Origin: Lama glama
Lineage: Eukaryota
NCBI GenBank assembly: GCA_028534125.1
Contig: CM052818.1
Span: forward strand, 45,944,001 to 46,008,000
Direction: 5' to 3'
DNA length: 64,000 nucleotides
Shown here: piece after piece, positions 1 through 13,262 of the stretch
Numbering within the stretch: position 1 is the first letter of the stretch
How the letters are laid out: the number at the start of each line of letters is the position of its first letter
Notes under the pieces: model-generated
Seen by the model: only the letters and a program-made list of their open reading frames with translations
What the model was told of the DNA's origin: nothing
Databases searched by the model: none
Program-made: the position numbers and the translations under genes

Positions 1-900
1 CCTGGACCTACAGGGCCAGTAGTGGACCAGAACACCCATTCAGCCCACTCCACGCATTACACCAGGTGCCCTTTGGGTCCCACCTCCTGGCCACCGTGAT
101 TGGCTCCTACCAGGGAAGGGGGAGGGGACTCTGGGTGGACCAACTGGAGACCATCCAGCCAGTGATGGCTGCTTTGCACTGCCCACTTACCCCGGGCCTG
201 TGTTCAGGAATAACAGCCTTCATGGGATTTTGGCTCAGAGAGAGCTGGGGAGAGCCTGGGGGAGCGGAAAAATGAGGGCCGCACACAGGCTAGTCAGGCA
301 CTTGGAGCTCCGCTGAAATAGCAGGTACTCCCACAACACGAGGAAGGCTGTGGAGGAAGGAAGGGCCCCAGGACTCCAGGGTGCAGCTTCGCCTTCTCAC
401 TGTTCTTACTGAATTTCATTTCCATCTAAGGGCATATGTTACAAACCCATCACAAGCCTTCCAGTCAAGGGCATCAGCAGTGTTGGTCGTCTTAGTGAGT
501 GAGAGCCCGTGAATGCATGGCCAGCCTTTTGTGAGCCAGGCACCAATCTAGGCCTGTTAACTCGTTTGAATATTGTCACCATCATCAGCCCCATTTTACA
601 GACAAGAAAACTGAAACAAAGATTTTAAATTTCTGTAAGCGACTGAGCCAGGAGTCAAAACGGAGTAGCCTGGTGGAGAACAGTTTTGGCCGCCAGGCCA
701 TGCCCGTTTCTGGAAGAATTGGGCTCAGCCTCATTAAATGTGGCACCCAAGACAGACCTCTGTGGCTCCTCCAGTAATAAAATGTTAACTATTAAGAACC
801 TCAGATGTTTTGTAAGGGTCAGAAAATACAATTGTTTAAATATAATTGCTCTTAGTTCAACAGAAGCTGAGGGAAAAAATACCACAAACAATATTGTTTT

Positions 901-1045
901 GGGTTTTTTAATTTGGGATCTTTTTTTTTTTTTGGTAGGGGGAGAGGCAATTAGATTTTTTTTTTAATTGGCGGTGCTGGAGATTGAACCCAGGATCTCC
1001 TGCATGCTAGGCATGTGCTCTACCTCTGAGCTCTACCCTCCCCCC
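901..1045 (-). mobile_element. tRNA-Ala-derived camelid SINE (vic-1-like)
   Basis: The reverse complement reads gggggagggtagagctcagaggtagagc...ctgggttcaatc (A and B boxes) followed by an A-rich tail. 14-bp TSD aacaatattgtttt at 887-900 and 1046-1059. Confidence 0.9.
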
Positions 1046-1477
1046 AACAATATTGTTTTATTAAGAGAAATTCTCTATTTTGTGACCACAGGTTACCTAG
1101 TGGCTACTGGTTTAATGGGGAAGTTATTGGAAGAGTTTGATGCATTTCACTGGCAAATCATAGCTCCAATGGGGGCATTATTTAATTATTGAGAACGTAT
1201 CCAACAAAAGGTCACACGAAACCCACAAAAGACTTAGAAATTATTAGACTGATTTGATGAATGCTCTGTGTTACAACTTACATCATCTGTATGCAGTTTT
1301 ATTATAAAGATAAACAGATTTATTTAGAACATAGAAGGGGATATATTTTTAAATTTTGATTTACATAAAAACTTACACGTAAATATATATTCCCCTACCA
1401 GTTGTTCAATATGGGTATTTTGAATATTCCTTCGATGCCACAGTTACACATTTCAATTTAATTCTAAATGTGTTGAG

Positions 1478-2880
1478 AAGTCATTGAAGGATTTTGAACA
1501 GAGGAGTAACGTGGTCTAATTTACTCTTTAAACTGTCATTGAGGCTGGTGTATGGGGAACAGACCACAGAGCATATGGGTGAAATGAAGGTGGCTAATTG
1601 GAAGTGTCAACTGAAAAAAAAAAAGCACAACCTAAAGTTAGAATTATGATTTATTCAGTGGATATGCTGGGGACTTAAGCCCAGGAGACCCAGCTCAGAT
1701 AACTCTGAGGGACTGTTCCAAAGAGGTAAAAGGGGAGACAGGATATATAGAAGATTTTGCAAACAAACAAACAACAACCGAAAAAAAAAACAGTAGTCAG
1801 AACATCAAAAGATTACTGTTAATTAAAGAAAAACCAGAATCTCAAGTTAAAGAATTTAGCACCTTCCTATATATGGGAAGGGTCAAGAGTCTGGGCTCAT
1901 TGAGATCACTCCTTTGCTACATACCTTGACTACGTAGAGCCAGTATCCTGTTTTCTCCATCCTGAATCCCCTCAGGGTGCACCGTCGGGGAGTGGGTGGC
2001 TGTGGTGGCTGATGGCTTGATGGCCGCAGCATCTTTTGGTTACTGATATGGCAGGAGGCATTCTTTGTCCACAGGAGGCTGTTACAGGAATCCCCCTCGA
2101 AGATGGCAGTACTTGGACTAGACCACACAAGTGGGCAACAGGAAATAGATATACTTCACTGAAGGTGGAGCCAACAGTGGATTGGGTGTAATTGTGAGAA
2201 ACAGAGTTCGAGGATGACATAGTGTGGCAAGTGGTGGAGCCGAGATGGTTATGAGCAGATTTGGAGTGAAAAAAATCAAGATTTGGGACATGTTAAGTTT
2301 GATATGTCTATTAGAAATACAAGGGGAGATATTCAACAGGAAGATGGATAAATGAATTTGGAATTCAGAGATGTTCTTCTTGGAGATGTGGACTTGGGAG
2401 TCATAGTGTAAAAATGAGGTTTAAAGCCCTGGGACTAAATGCAAACACCTGGGAGAGTAGTCAGTAAACGGGAGGAAACAGCCCAAGGCTGAGCTGCGGG
2501 CACTGTGACATTTTGAAGTCAGGAAGAGCAGGACAGTCTAGTGAAGGTGGCAGAGAAGGAGCAGCTAATGTGGCCGGAGGAGGCTGGCAGAGTGTGGTGA
2601 CCAGAGCCACGTGAAGAAAGGTTCAAGAAGGGAGAAACGTTCAATGACAGTTGAGTGAGCTTAGCATAGGGTTTAGCAAGATACACGGCATTGACAAGAC
2701 GATTTCAGTAACGTGTTAGGAATGACAGCTCAATTGGAGTGGGTTCGAGGCAGAGCTGGAGGGAAAGGGCAGACTGTCAGTAGAGACGAGGCCTGTGAGA
2801 AAGAGCAGGAGGGTCTGGAGCAGGTAAAATTGCCGATTACTGCAGCATGTTTGTATGCTGTTGGAAATGAAATATTGAGG
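1478..2880 (-). mobile_element. LINE2 fragment, interrupted by an LTR at 1605-2073
   Basis: Purine-rich antisense L2-like sequence (ggattttgaacagaggagtaacgtggtct; tttgggacatgttaagtttgatatgtctatt). The minus-strand translation SNRHIKLNMSQILIF resembles L2 ORF remnants. Confidence 0.7.
1605..2073 (-). mobile_element. ERV1-class solo LTR
   Basis: TG...CA termini, near-TSD ggaag/ggagg, AATAAA on the minus strand near 1650. The start tgtggacaaagaatgcctcctgccatatcagtaa resembles artiodactyl ERV1 LTRs. Confidence 0.75.
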
Positions 2881-3189
2881 GGGGAGGGGAGTTACAGGAG
2901 TGAAGTCCTTGAGTGTGTGACAGGGACAGATCTTGCCCCTGATGAGGCTGCCCTGAGGGGATGCATAATTCTCACCTGACCAGGCCATAAAAATTCCAGG
3001 AATGTGGCCCCCACTCAGCCAGGCCAAGGCACTGGTCCGCAGGGTGTGGTCACATGGGAGCTAGTTCCACTGCCTCCTCCCGACCCCCCTGGTGCTGCCA
3101 GCATCCCAGGGCTTGGAACCCAGGACAACTCAGCTAACCTTTAGTTAAGAGGTTCTGCTGAGTGTGGAAATAGCCAAATACTATTTCAG

Positions 3190-3415
3190 GGAGGCAACAG
3201 AGCAAAGACTCTGCAATCAGGAGAGTAAATTTGAATCCTGGCCCTGAAACTTATCTGCTAGCTGTGTAATCAGGACAGATCGCTTCTCTGAGTCCTGTTT
3301 TCTCACCTGCGGTTTGGACATGGTAACTTTACCGAGACACCTGAGAAGGTGAGGCACAAACGAGATAATGGATCCCGTGCAAAGGCTTTGTCAAAACTTT
3401 GTAAACTGGAACGTG
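3190..3415 (+). mobile_element. MIR SINE
   Basis: MIR-like core: tttgaatcctggccctg...cttctctgagtcctgttttctcacctg. Confidence 0.65.
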
Positions 3416-4561
3416 AGACAAAAGTGCCATAAATCATCAAATTGTCATGAGGCTTAAGTTACTATATCACCCCCCTACCCATCCATTCATCTCACAAAAC
3501 AGGCATGGCTTGTAGAGGAAGCATTTCTAAGGACACATTCCTGTGCCACGCCTCCCTGTGGGTTTAATTTTCATAGATAGATTTTTTTTCTTAAGATAAG
3601 AACAAGTCTTGGCTCCTTGTGAGAGCCTCCAGATTGCATTACAGACACAAATACATCACATCAAGATCATCAGTTGAAAGGGAGCGGAGACGTATTATTA
3701 TCTTCAGAGCTTCCTGGGAACCTATTAAAGGTTAATGACAAAGCACAGGGGTAGTCCAGGGACCAAACACCATCCTTGACACCTATCATATGCACGAGCC
3801 TCCTTTCTCCCTGGGATCCCATCAACATTTCTGCTGGAGGGAGAGAGAGTCAAGTGTATCCCCGATAAATAGAGCTTCTGAGTGCTCCGAGCCTGATCTG
3901 TCCTCAGCTGAGGCTGAGACTCCCTGTGGTTTGCGCAGTGCTGGGGAGAAGAGTAAAGGAATGGATGCTCGCTGGGCACAGAGCATGTGGGGCGCTGTAC
4001 CAGGCCACCAGTCATCAGTGAGCTGGGAGGTGATCACTCTCTTCTCATCAAATGGGAAGGGATATTGAGGCCCCAGAGGTCAAATCAGGTCCCGTGGCCA
4101 ACAAGAGCCAGAGGGGGACATCTTAACTCATTTCTTTGTGCTTCAAAGAGCCCACTCTTCCTGCTAACAGAGTAGGTGCTTCATAAAGGTTTTCTTAGTG
4201 ATTGAGTGAGTGGATGAATGAATGAAGTCCTCTGGATGCAAAGTTGCCTTGTCAAAGGACATCAACAGCCAGAAGGCACAGCCCCAATTTAACAGAAGCA
4301 AAACAACCTTCTAAGATGCATGTGAGGTACTCAGAGTGTGGCTTAAATAACTCAGGAGTTTCCCAAACTCGAGTGATAAGATCTCAGGCAAGTTGCAGAA
4401 CCTGTTGGGGGCTGGTTTCTTCATTTCTAATCTTGGGGCAAATATGTCTTGCTCCTCCCTCCCTTCCAGAAGCAGAGTTTACAGAGCGCAAGAGTTGTAG
4501 CTCTGGCTATGGGCCTTAAAGTACTTGAAAGTTGAGTCCTGGCTTGTTACCATCCCATGGC

Positions 4562-4892
4562 CAGTAGTGGTGATATAATTGGTGGGACCCAGCACAAAAT
4601 GGAAATGTGGTGTCTGTGGATCAAAAATTACAGGGAACTATATTTAATATCTTGCAGTAACCTATAATGAAAAAGAATATGAAAAGAAATATATGTATGT
4701 ATGTATATGACTGAAACATTATTCTGTACACCAGAAATTGATACATTATAAACTGACTATACTTGAATAAAAAAATAAGTTCAAAAAATTAATAAGAATT
4801 TCAAGACAGTGATGTCAGAGCATTAAACCGAGCCCAGGCCCTTCTAAGTACAGGGTCCCATATGGCCGGCTGTGTGCCCACGAAGACAGACC
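4562..4892 (-). mobile_element. MER45A-like hAT DNA transposon, split by an L1 3' fragment
   Basis: The flanking pieces (ataattggtgggacccagcacaaaatggaaatg; aagaatttcaagacagtgatgtcagagcattaaacc) join into one antisense MER45A-like element when 4631-4780 is removed. Confidence 0.65.
4631..4780 (+). mobile_element. 5'-truncated artiodactyl-type L1 3' end
   Basis: cagggaactatatttaatatcttg...ctgtacaccagaaattga...aataaa plus A-tail. Probable TSD tcaaaaatta (4621-4630) / tcaaaaaatta (4781-4791). Confidence 0.8.
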
Positions 4893-5249
4893 TGCCTGTG
4901 GCCGTTGACTCAGAAGAAGGGAAGAAAAGATCTTAAAAGGAGATTGGTGGGACATCTTAGGAGCACCAAAAATAGGACAAATAAATAAAATAGCATGGAG
5001 ATCAGGTTCTGGTTTCTTGAAACACACAATTTCAGAATAGGAAGCATTTAAAAATGTCATCCAGTACTAGTCTCCCATTTTATAGATAAGGAAATTGAAA
5101 CCCCAGACAGAAGCAATGACTCGGGGAGTCTTTGGGTACTGCAGAGAAAGCAAACCTTCTCTGAAGCTCATGTCTCCTTATCACTGACAGCACAGGTCAG
5201 ATTGAATAATGCATTATTTCTTTTTTTTCATCCCCAACCCCCACTAAAA

Positions 5250-6780
5250 TAACAATAAAAGGGTTAAGTCCACGAGGACCATGGAAAAGGGAGAAGAGGC
5301 AACGGTAATTGAAGAGGATTTGAGAGTGGGCAGGTGGGATAGGAGGAAGCTCAGACTAGAAACAGGGAAATTAAGTGAAAATCTGAATACTGCCCCTCCC
5401 CCTTTCCAGAATGCCAGTAGCAAGTTTTACATCTCCCCAGGCAGGAGATAACAGTCTTCTCGGAGTAAAACCCAGAGACCATTTGGGATTCTTTACAATG
5501 AGCTAGTTGGAAGTTTTGTCCCAGTACACTGAAGCCCTAGGACCAAAGTCTGATTTCTGTGCAAAGAGCTTTCTAGGTTTCTAGTGAGAGCCGATGGCTA
5601 AGCGCCTGCAGAGAGGAACAAAGATTCTACCTTTCATTGCAGAAAACCAAACAAACAAACGGAAAAGAGAATTGGCAGAAATTAAAGACAACTTCAAGCT
5701 GCCAAATCTCCTGAAAAAGAGGATGGACAATATTGTATCTGCGAAAGAAGAACCAGAAGCCTTAAAAAAAAAATCCCCCAAACAAAAAAACCTCTGGGAA
5801 AGTTACACACATGAGTCAAAATAAAAATTTATTGTAAAAGATAAATTCAGAGATATTTCCAGAAGATAGAACAAAAAGACAAAACGATGGGAACTCGCAG
5901 AGAAAAGATAAAGCAAGGGGATAAATCTCAGAGATTGAAAGTCAATTACTAGAAATGCCAGAAAGAGAGCCAAGGGGACAGAATTGTCAAGGAAATAACA
6001 CAAAGACATTTCTCAGAACTAAAGCACGACTTTCCAACTCAAAAGAGCTAGTTCAAGGGATGTGAAAAAGACCCAGGGTCAGGTACACCACTGTGAACTT
6101 TTTCAGTATCAGGGATACAGAGAAGATACTATAAACTTTTAGAGAGAATCAGAAGCAATGGACCTCTCTACAACGCTTTGGAATCTAGTGGACAATGGAC
6201 CAATGCCTTCAACATTCTAATGTGCACCCTGTGCTTCTATATTCAGCCAAACTGTTCACCAGATGAGGGTAGAATAAGATATTTTCAGACATGCAAGAAT
6301 GAAAATCGTTTACTTCCCTTGTGCCTTCAGTGAACGGGTGGTGGTGATCCAATAGAACAAGGGTGTAAACCAAGAAAGGAACACACGGAATCCAGGAAAC
6401 AAGGGACCCAAAGCACAAGAAGCAACATGAATCCCCACAGTGATGATGCATAGAAATTTCCTGGTGATGTCTGTTCAGTATCCAGTTTAAACTGGAGAGC
6501 ATGGAAGGAAGGCTCTGAGAAGAGGATCTCTAGGAATAAGATGGAGATGACATATTTGAGACTATGGAAAACATTATTAATAGAATTGAAGCAGGCTTTA
6601 TTGAGAGTTAGGAAAAATTAACGGTATATATGCAGAAAATCGGGCACATGGGAAAATGAGTAACTCCAGTAAAAGTGAAGGACTGAATAAGTAAGATGGA
6701 TGGTGTGGACTAAGTGTTCGAGTGGGTTCTCTAGTGAATGGCATTTGCACAGTCTTAATAAAGTATGTCCTGACTATAAC
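5250..6780 (+). mobile_element. Ancient L1 ORF1-like / HAL1 remnant
   Basis: A-rich, with Lys/Glu-rich broken frames (5594-5824) and ORF1 C-terminal-like motifs (gccttcaacattct...tatattcagccaaactg...gagggtagaataagatattttcagacatgcaag). Confidence 0.55.
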
Positions 6781-7147
6781 TATGTGGGGGTTGGAGGGGC
6801 AGTGAGGGAGATCTGAGTTCTTACTTATCGTGGGGACTCAGTAGTCAGGTCTCAAAACGTAAGTTAATACATTAAGAAATGGGGATGGCTCCAGTCCATG
6901 GCTTTTAATATCGTCTATAAGACTTCTAAGCTTAAGATGGTGAATGAAAGATGTTCCCACTTCTTTTTTTCTCTCAAAAAAAAAAAAAAACAAACCAAAA
7001 AAAAAACAAGCGAAATAACAAACAGGAACACAGACTCTATTCTTGACTCTAGCAGACATTGCAAATCTGAACCATTAAATATGGACCATTAAGTGGCTAG
7101 AAGAATGACAAAAAAAAGTAATCAAAGATGAATCCAAATGCCAGTAG

Positions 7148-8680
7148 AGGTATAATTTATTTGCTATGAAATTCACCAATTTTAAGTGCACGTGATGAAT
7201 TTTGACATGTGTATTTAATAGTGCAACCACTACCAAAAATATGATTTAGAACATTGTAGTCAATCCCCATCCTGATCCCCAAACCCCTGGCAACGGGTGA
7301 TCGGCTATGATCATTTTAGATGTGCCTTTCCTAGAACTTTTCAAGAACTTCATATAAAGGTATACAGTATGTAGTCTTTTGTATCTGACTTTGATTTATC
7401 ATATTGTTGCATATACAAATAGTTTATACCTACTAACTGTTGAGTAGTATTCCATTTACTATAGATTTTTTCTTCACCCATTTAATAATCAATGGACTTC
7501 TGGATTGTTTCCAGTTTTTGGCTACTCTGAACAAAGCTGCTGTAAATATTCATGTACAGATCTTGATGTAGACGTATATTTTCACTTCACTTGAAAAATA
7601 CCCAAGAGTGGAATTTCCGAATCATGTGGTAAGTGAACATTTAACTTTGTAAATAAACACTGAACCGTTGTTCCACATTCTAGCCAACACATGGCATGGT
7701 ATTGTCAGTCTTTTAAATTCTATCCACTACAGTGGATATGTAGTGATATCTACATTTGGTTTAAATTTGCATTTCCTTAATGGCTAATGATGTTGAACAT
7801 TTTTTCATGTTCTTATTTGGCATCTGTTTTTTTTAATAACATGTCTGTTCAAATTTTTTGCGCAGTTTTAATTGTCTTGTATCATTGTTGAGAATTCTTT
7901 CTATATTGTGGACACAAGTCCTTTACTTAATGTATGTTTTACAGACATAGTCTCTCAGTCTGTGCCTTGCCTTTTTCTCTTTTTCCTAATTGTGCTTTCA
8001 AGGAGCAGACATTTTTAATTTTGATGAAGTCCAAGTTATTGATTTTTAAATTTCGTGTGTCCTATTTTTAAAATCTTTGCCTAACCCAAGATCACTAAAA
8101 TTTTTCTCCTATTTTTTTCAAAAGAAGGCTTATAGTTTTAGCTCATTTTCATACTGATAGCCAAGCAATTATTCCAGCACCTTCTGTGAATAGATTATCT
8201 TTCCCTCTATTTAATTGTCTTGGCACCTTTGCTAGAAAATCAATTGACCGTATGTATGTATGGATGTATTTCTGGACTTTCTCTTCTGTTCCAGTGGTCT
8301 ATATGTCAACCTTTGCTTGAATACCAATCTATCTTGATTAGTGTTAGCTTTATAATAGGTCTTGAAACTAGATTGGGTAAGGCCTCCAGCTTTGCTCTTT
8401 TTCCATGTTGTTTTGGCTATTCTATATGCTTTGCATTTCCACATAAATTTTAAAATTTGCTTACTAACTTTTTCAAAATAACCCTGCTAACATTTTGAAT
8501 GTCATTGTGTTGAATCTACAGATTAATCTGGGGGAGGAATGGCATTCTAACAATACTGAATCTTCCAGTCCGTAAGCATGGTATATCTCACTGTTTGAAC
8601 TCATCTTTAACTTCTCTCAGTAATGTGTTGTCATTTTCAGAGTACAGTTATTGTAAATATTTGCTAAACGTACCCGTTTC
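7148..8680 (-). mobile_element. Old L1M (3' UTR plus degenerate ORF2 end)
   Basis: Antisense L1 hallmarks (tggctaatgatgttgaacatttttt; ttttgatgaagtccaa). The minus-strand frame MWKCKAYRIAKTTWKKSKAGGLT...FKTYYKA matches L1 ORF2. Confidence 0.85.
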
Positions 8681-10054
8681 ATAATTCTGTGTGTGTGTGC
8701 ATGTGTGCGTGTATGTGTTTTAGAGAGAGAGAAAAAAGAGGGAAGGAGGAAAAGAGTTTCCTTTATGTTCCCCAAAGTTGAGCCAAAGAAAATTGGTTAA
8801 TCACAGGTTGTGGTTAGCTGAATTACAGTTAAGTAAAGTTTTACTGTATTTGGCATTCACACTAATAGCTCTGATTATGCCACACCCCATATTCAAAAAC
8901 CTTCATTGGGAAATAATTATGGGATGTGCTCAAAGAATGAGGGATCAATTTACAAAGGGGAAATCTGGAAACAGCTGAGCAGGCTGATCAGCTCAATGAT
9001 GCGATGCTCTTACCATAAAAATACAACTGCGGTTTTCAGAGTGGGGTCAGGGTGTCTTCCAGGGTCAGGCAGGCGTCAGGGCCCCCACTCATGTTCGGAT
9101 CACAGTAGCTCTATCTCTATCCCTTTTGGCTTTTGAGGTTCCTGATAGGATTTTGTTTAAAGACAGAGTTCTGGTGCATAAAATGTTTAAAAACCATTAT
9201 TGCAAAAGAATTCTTAATGACCAAGAAAGACCACATTTAATGGAATTATAATCAGATTAGAAAAGAATCTGTGTTTTATGTCCCTGTTAGGGGAAAAAAA
9301 GAAGAAATATGTGTACAGAAAAAAAATTGGAAGATTATATATGTGTCAAAATAGCAATTATCCCTGTGCACTTTGATTGTGAATTATTTCTGAATGTTCT
9401 CATTTGTATTTTTCTAAATCTGTAGAGTGTAAAAGTGTATTGTTCTTTAATGAGAATAGAATAAACTACGAATTCCTTAGCATCCTTTGAAGCTCTCTAC
9501 CATCTGACATTAAAGGTCTTTCTAGACTTCTTGCTAAACCTCAGCTCATCATAGAGTTACAAGTTTAGCCTCAAAGAATTACTCACCGTTTCCTGATCTC
9601 ACGCCCTTCAATTCCCTGTCCTCATAGCTTTTCTCCAGCTCTGTTCTTCGTTCAGAATTTCCTAATCACACACCATCACTTCCTACTGGAGTTCAACCCA
9701 TTCAAAATGAATGTGAGAAAATGTAAATTAAAGGAAAAAATTTCAAAACTATGTAAAGAGTATGATTTCAACTAGTTTAAAAAATGTGAAGGAAAAACTG
9801 AAAGAAACCATGTAAATAATTTACAGAGGCAACATCTCTGTATTAGGATTATAAATCTTTTGTTTGTTGCATTTTATTATACTTTCCAGATCGTCTACAG
9901 TGACCTATAAAGATAGTAAAAAAAGGAAAAAAATTCATAGCCATTTTAAGACCTATATCAAATGCTAACATCTCCAGGAGTCTTTCGCAAGATATAATAA
10001 CAATACTTTTTAAACTCTCCAGCCTGTGTCTCTTAACAATTTAACTGTATCTCT

Positions 10055-10255
10055 GTGTCACATAGTATAGTAGGAAGAACCCTGAATCTGTAGACAGAAG
10101 ATCTGGGGTTAATCCTGGCCTCTCCTCTCGCTGGCCTATGTTTGGCAAAAGGCCTCCCCTCTCTGAGGGTCTGATTCCTCCCAGGGCAGTAGTAAGGGTT
10201 AACTGGGACCACATGACTGTGCTCTGTAAACTGTTAAGTGCTGTTGAGACATATG
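10055..10255 (+). mobile_element. MIR SINE
   Basis: agacagaagatctggggttaatcctggcctct...cccctctctgag...gtgctctgtaaactgt. Confidence 0.6.
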
Positions 10256-12300
10256 CTGTGTCTGATTCTCCTGCGAAACTGAAGGTCAGTCACCTGAACC
10301 ATCTGCTGCAGGTGACACTCAAAAAATGGCTGTTGATTTAAATCTTCCAGCAGTTCCAAAACAGAGCAAAAATCCCTTTTGTTTCCAGAAATGTTACCAG
10401 TAGATTGGGGTTTAGTAAAGGCCTGTGCTCCAGAGAGCCTATGATTTTCATCGTTTTGATTTTCCTTTGCTGTTCCCAGGACTTGTGGCCTGAATAAGCC
10501 ATCCAGCAATCAGTGGGCCTGAGGGTGCTCTTTAGTGTTATTAAAAATAAGAAATTATAGGCCAGAGCAACACGTACCCTGAAGATGGCTCTGGAGCCCT
10601 GGGCAGAGTTCATTCATTGTCCACCTCTTCAGACGAGATGACCCAGAACAGAGCCAGCCTGTGTGTTGGCCCAGCCACGGCCTTTGTCAACTGGATGGAC
10701 CTCGGGAGAAACAAAGGGGCAGCCCCCGAGCTGTCCGGTCAAGCCCCTGGTTGCTCAGAGTGGGTACTGAAGCCCCAAGAGGGGAGACATCCTGCCAAGG
10801 GCCCGTGTAGTCAGTGACAACTCATTAGCGCTGGAACTAGAGCATCGTGGCCGTTATTTGGTTTGGCTAAGATTGCTCGAAGGCAGCAGGAGTTCTCACT
10901 CAGCTCCACACCTCTCAGCACAAACAGAGCCTGGCCACAGCTGGTCCTGTGTCAGTGTCTGCGAACGCAACTGTGCACGAATCAGCACGGCTCTTTCCTT
11001 GAGACCCAACTAGTGCCTCCAGAAGGGGTTCTTTCCAGACTGAGAAAGACCCAACCACCTGTCTGGATCAGGGGCTCTGTCAGCTCTGAAGTGCTTTACA
11101 AACATTGGCTCATCTCGGTTCTACGTAGACGCAGCATCACGATGACCAGCACCAGGCCAAGCAGACGGACCAGAGAAAGCAGCTCCGATAAACAGAAGGA
11201 CGGAAGCCTGGGGGGACCCAGTGTTGCCAGAGCTTCCAGGTTTGTTTTTTTTTTTTTTAAAGACAGAAATTCTCACTTTTAAAATAGTTGCTAGATTCTA
11301 AAATGCTGACTCAAGATATTTCAAAACAGTTTGAGGACAAACGAAACACATCTTTGTAGTCAGTGTGTCTGCTCCTCCAGGATGCACATCCATCTGGCTG
11401 ACGGCAAATGAGCCTGGGCTCTCGAGGCCTCGCTGGTGTGGGAGAGAGGCCCCTGGGTGTCGATCACTACTGGCTAGGAGTGATTAACTTCCTCTAAGCC
11501 ATTGGGTCCCCAAGATGGAAACCATAAAACCTACCTCGTGGGGTTGTTGAGAGAGTTGTAAGATCATGTAGAGAAACAGTACTTTGTAAACAGTAAAGCA
11601 ATGTACCAAGAGTTAATACACAAATAATAGAAATGTGTAATATAATCTCTTTAAACCACCAAAGTTAGGAGGTTCTGGGGTTAAGATACATAACCCCAGG
11701 AATTAACTCCCTGAACCGCATTCAAGACCCCACCCACGAATATTACAGAGGGGCAGGCATTTGTGAGCTCAGAATGAGCACGTCCAGATCGAACTCTGTA
11801 CTTACTAGAATTTGCATTCCGAGGGCAAGATGTGAGAGAAAGAGTGCAGGACTGCAAACCACGCTTCCAGTCCCAGCGTTGCCACCAGGGCCCTGTGTCC
11901 CTGGGGAAGTTCTTTCTTCGCTCTGGGCCTCAGTTTCCCCATCAACAACGTGAGCGCACTGGACCAGCCTGCTTCCAGCTCCGAAGTTCTCAGAGGTTAG
12001 CACCCCCGCCAGCTTAGCCTCCCAGTGCTCCAGCTCGTGCCCGGCCGTGGGGACCCCGCCGTGTGACCTGAGCTATCACATCCTAGCCAGGGCTTCTGCC
12101 TTGTCCCCAAGCCCAGGTGACCCAGGTGTGCTGAAGCTCTGATGGGACCTCAGTGGGTGGGGCTTCATATGGAAGGATGGGTTGACGTAGGGCTTGAACT
12201 GACTTAGACTGAATTCAGAGACAGACGGGGAGGCAGGTCAACACCAGTCAGAGGGAGGCTCCATGGAACGTAGACCCAGGACCTTCTGAGGCTCTGCTTT

Positions 12301-12790
12301 TGTGCGGGAGGCAAGATTTCCCTCACCCTCTTTGGGTGTTTCACCTGGACCTGAGAATTAAATTGACATAAGACAGATCAACAGGAGAAAAGCATACAGA
12401 TTTTTCCAACAGAAGTTTTATGTGACACGGGAGCCCTCAAAAGGAAATTAAGACCTAGAGAAGCGGCAAAGCCTTTGTGCTTTTATACCAGGTAAAGCAG
12501 AGAGGCAATTGTGGAAAAAGAGCTAAACTACATAGGGACGTTAAAGGAAGACAAGAGTTATTTTCAGGTACAGAATTCTCTAGTCTCAGCTTCCATCCTT
12601 GCTGATAAGCATGTGACTTTCTTTCCGGTGTAGGGAAGGCATCTTTCACATGGAAATTTCATTATTTTTAAGAAAAAGAAAGAAAGTCAGGTGTTCTTGC
12701 ACCTGCTGTTTTTCAAGTACCTTTAACTCAGAATAGTCAATGTGCCAGAGTCGCATATTTTGGGGTGGCGCGTGGGGGCCTCCTCCTTGA
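12301..12790 (-). mobile_element. ERV1-class solo LTR
   Basis: aattaaattgacataagacagatcaacaggagaaaag...ctgtttttcaagtacctttaactcagaatagtcaatgtgccag...catattttggggtggc, typical of antisense laurasiatherian ERV1 LTRs. Confidence 0.7.
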
Positions 12791-13039
12791 CTTGTTGGAG
12801 TTAGACCAGATCTTTCCTAATAATGACCATTGTATTGGGCCCTGGCCTGGGCTTAGCACCCCGCAAAGTGCTTCCACACCCATTGCCTTGTTCTGGAACA
12901 AGCATCCTTACCCTGAGGCTATAAAGGATGGGGTGGGGGTGGGGAGGGGGTCGGAGAGGCTATGAGATTTCCCCCAAGACAGGGTCACCCATAGGGAGAC
13001 AGGGCCTGCACCCCAGCCTCTGCCCTCAATGCCATGGGC

Positions 13040-13262
13040 CGCATTTACCGTAGTTACCGTGCACTCACATTGCACCTGCTGTTGGGCAGTCCCTTTTGGC
13101 TTGAGTCGTTCAGTCTTTACAACAACTCGACAGAGGGACAGGTTTCACTAAGGAGGAAACCAAAACAGGGAAGTGGAGTAACTTCCCTGCAGTCACACAG
13201 CGGGCAAGTGCGTGTAGGGGCTGGAGCCTGGGGCCATCTAAGTGGAGTCTGAGCTCTTAACC
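13040..13262 (-). mobile_element. MIR SINE
   Basis: tctttacaacaactc...gaggaaacc...aacttccctgcagtcacacagc...agtctgagctcttaac. Confidence 0.6.

Noticed and set aside
5594..5824. Lys/Glu-rich coding exon
   Set aside because: Lies within a decayed A-rich L1 ORF1/HAL1-like remnant.
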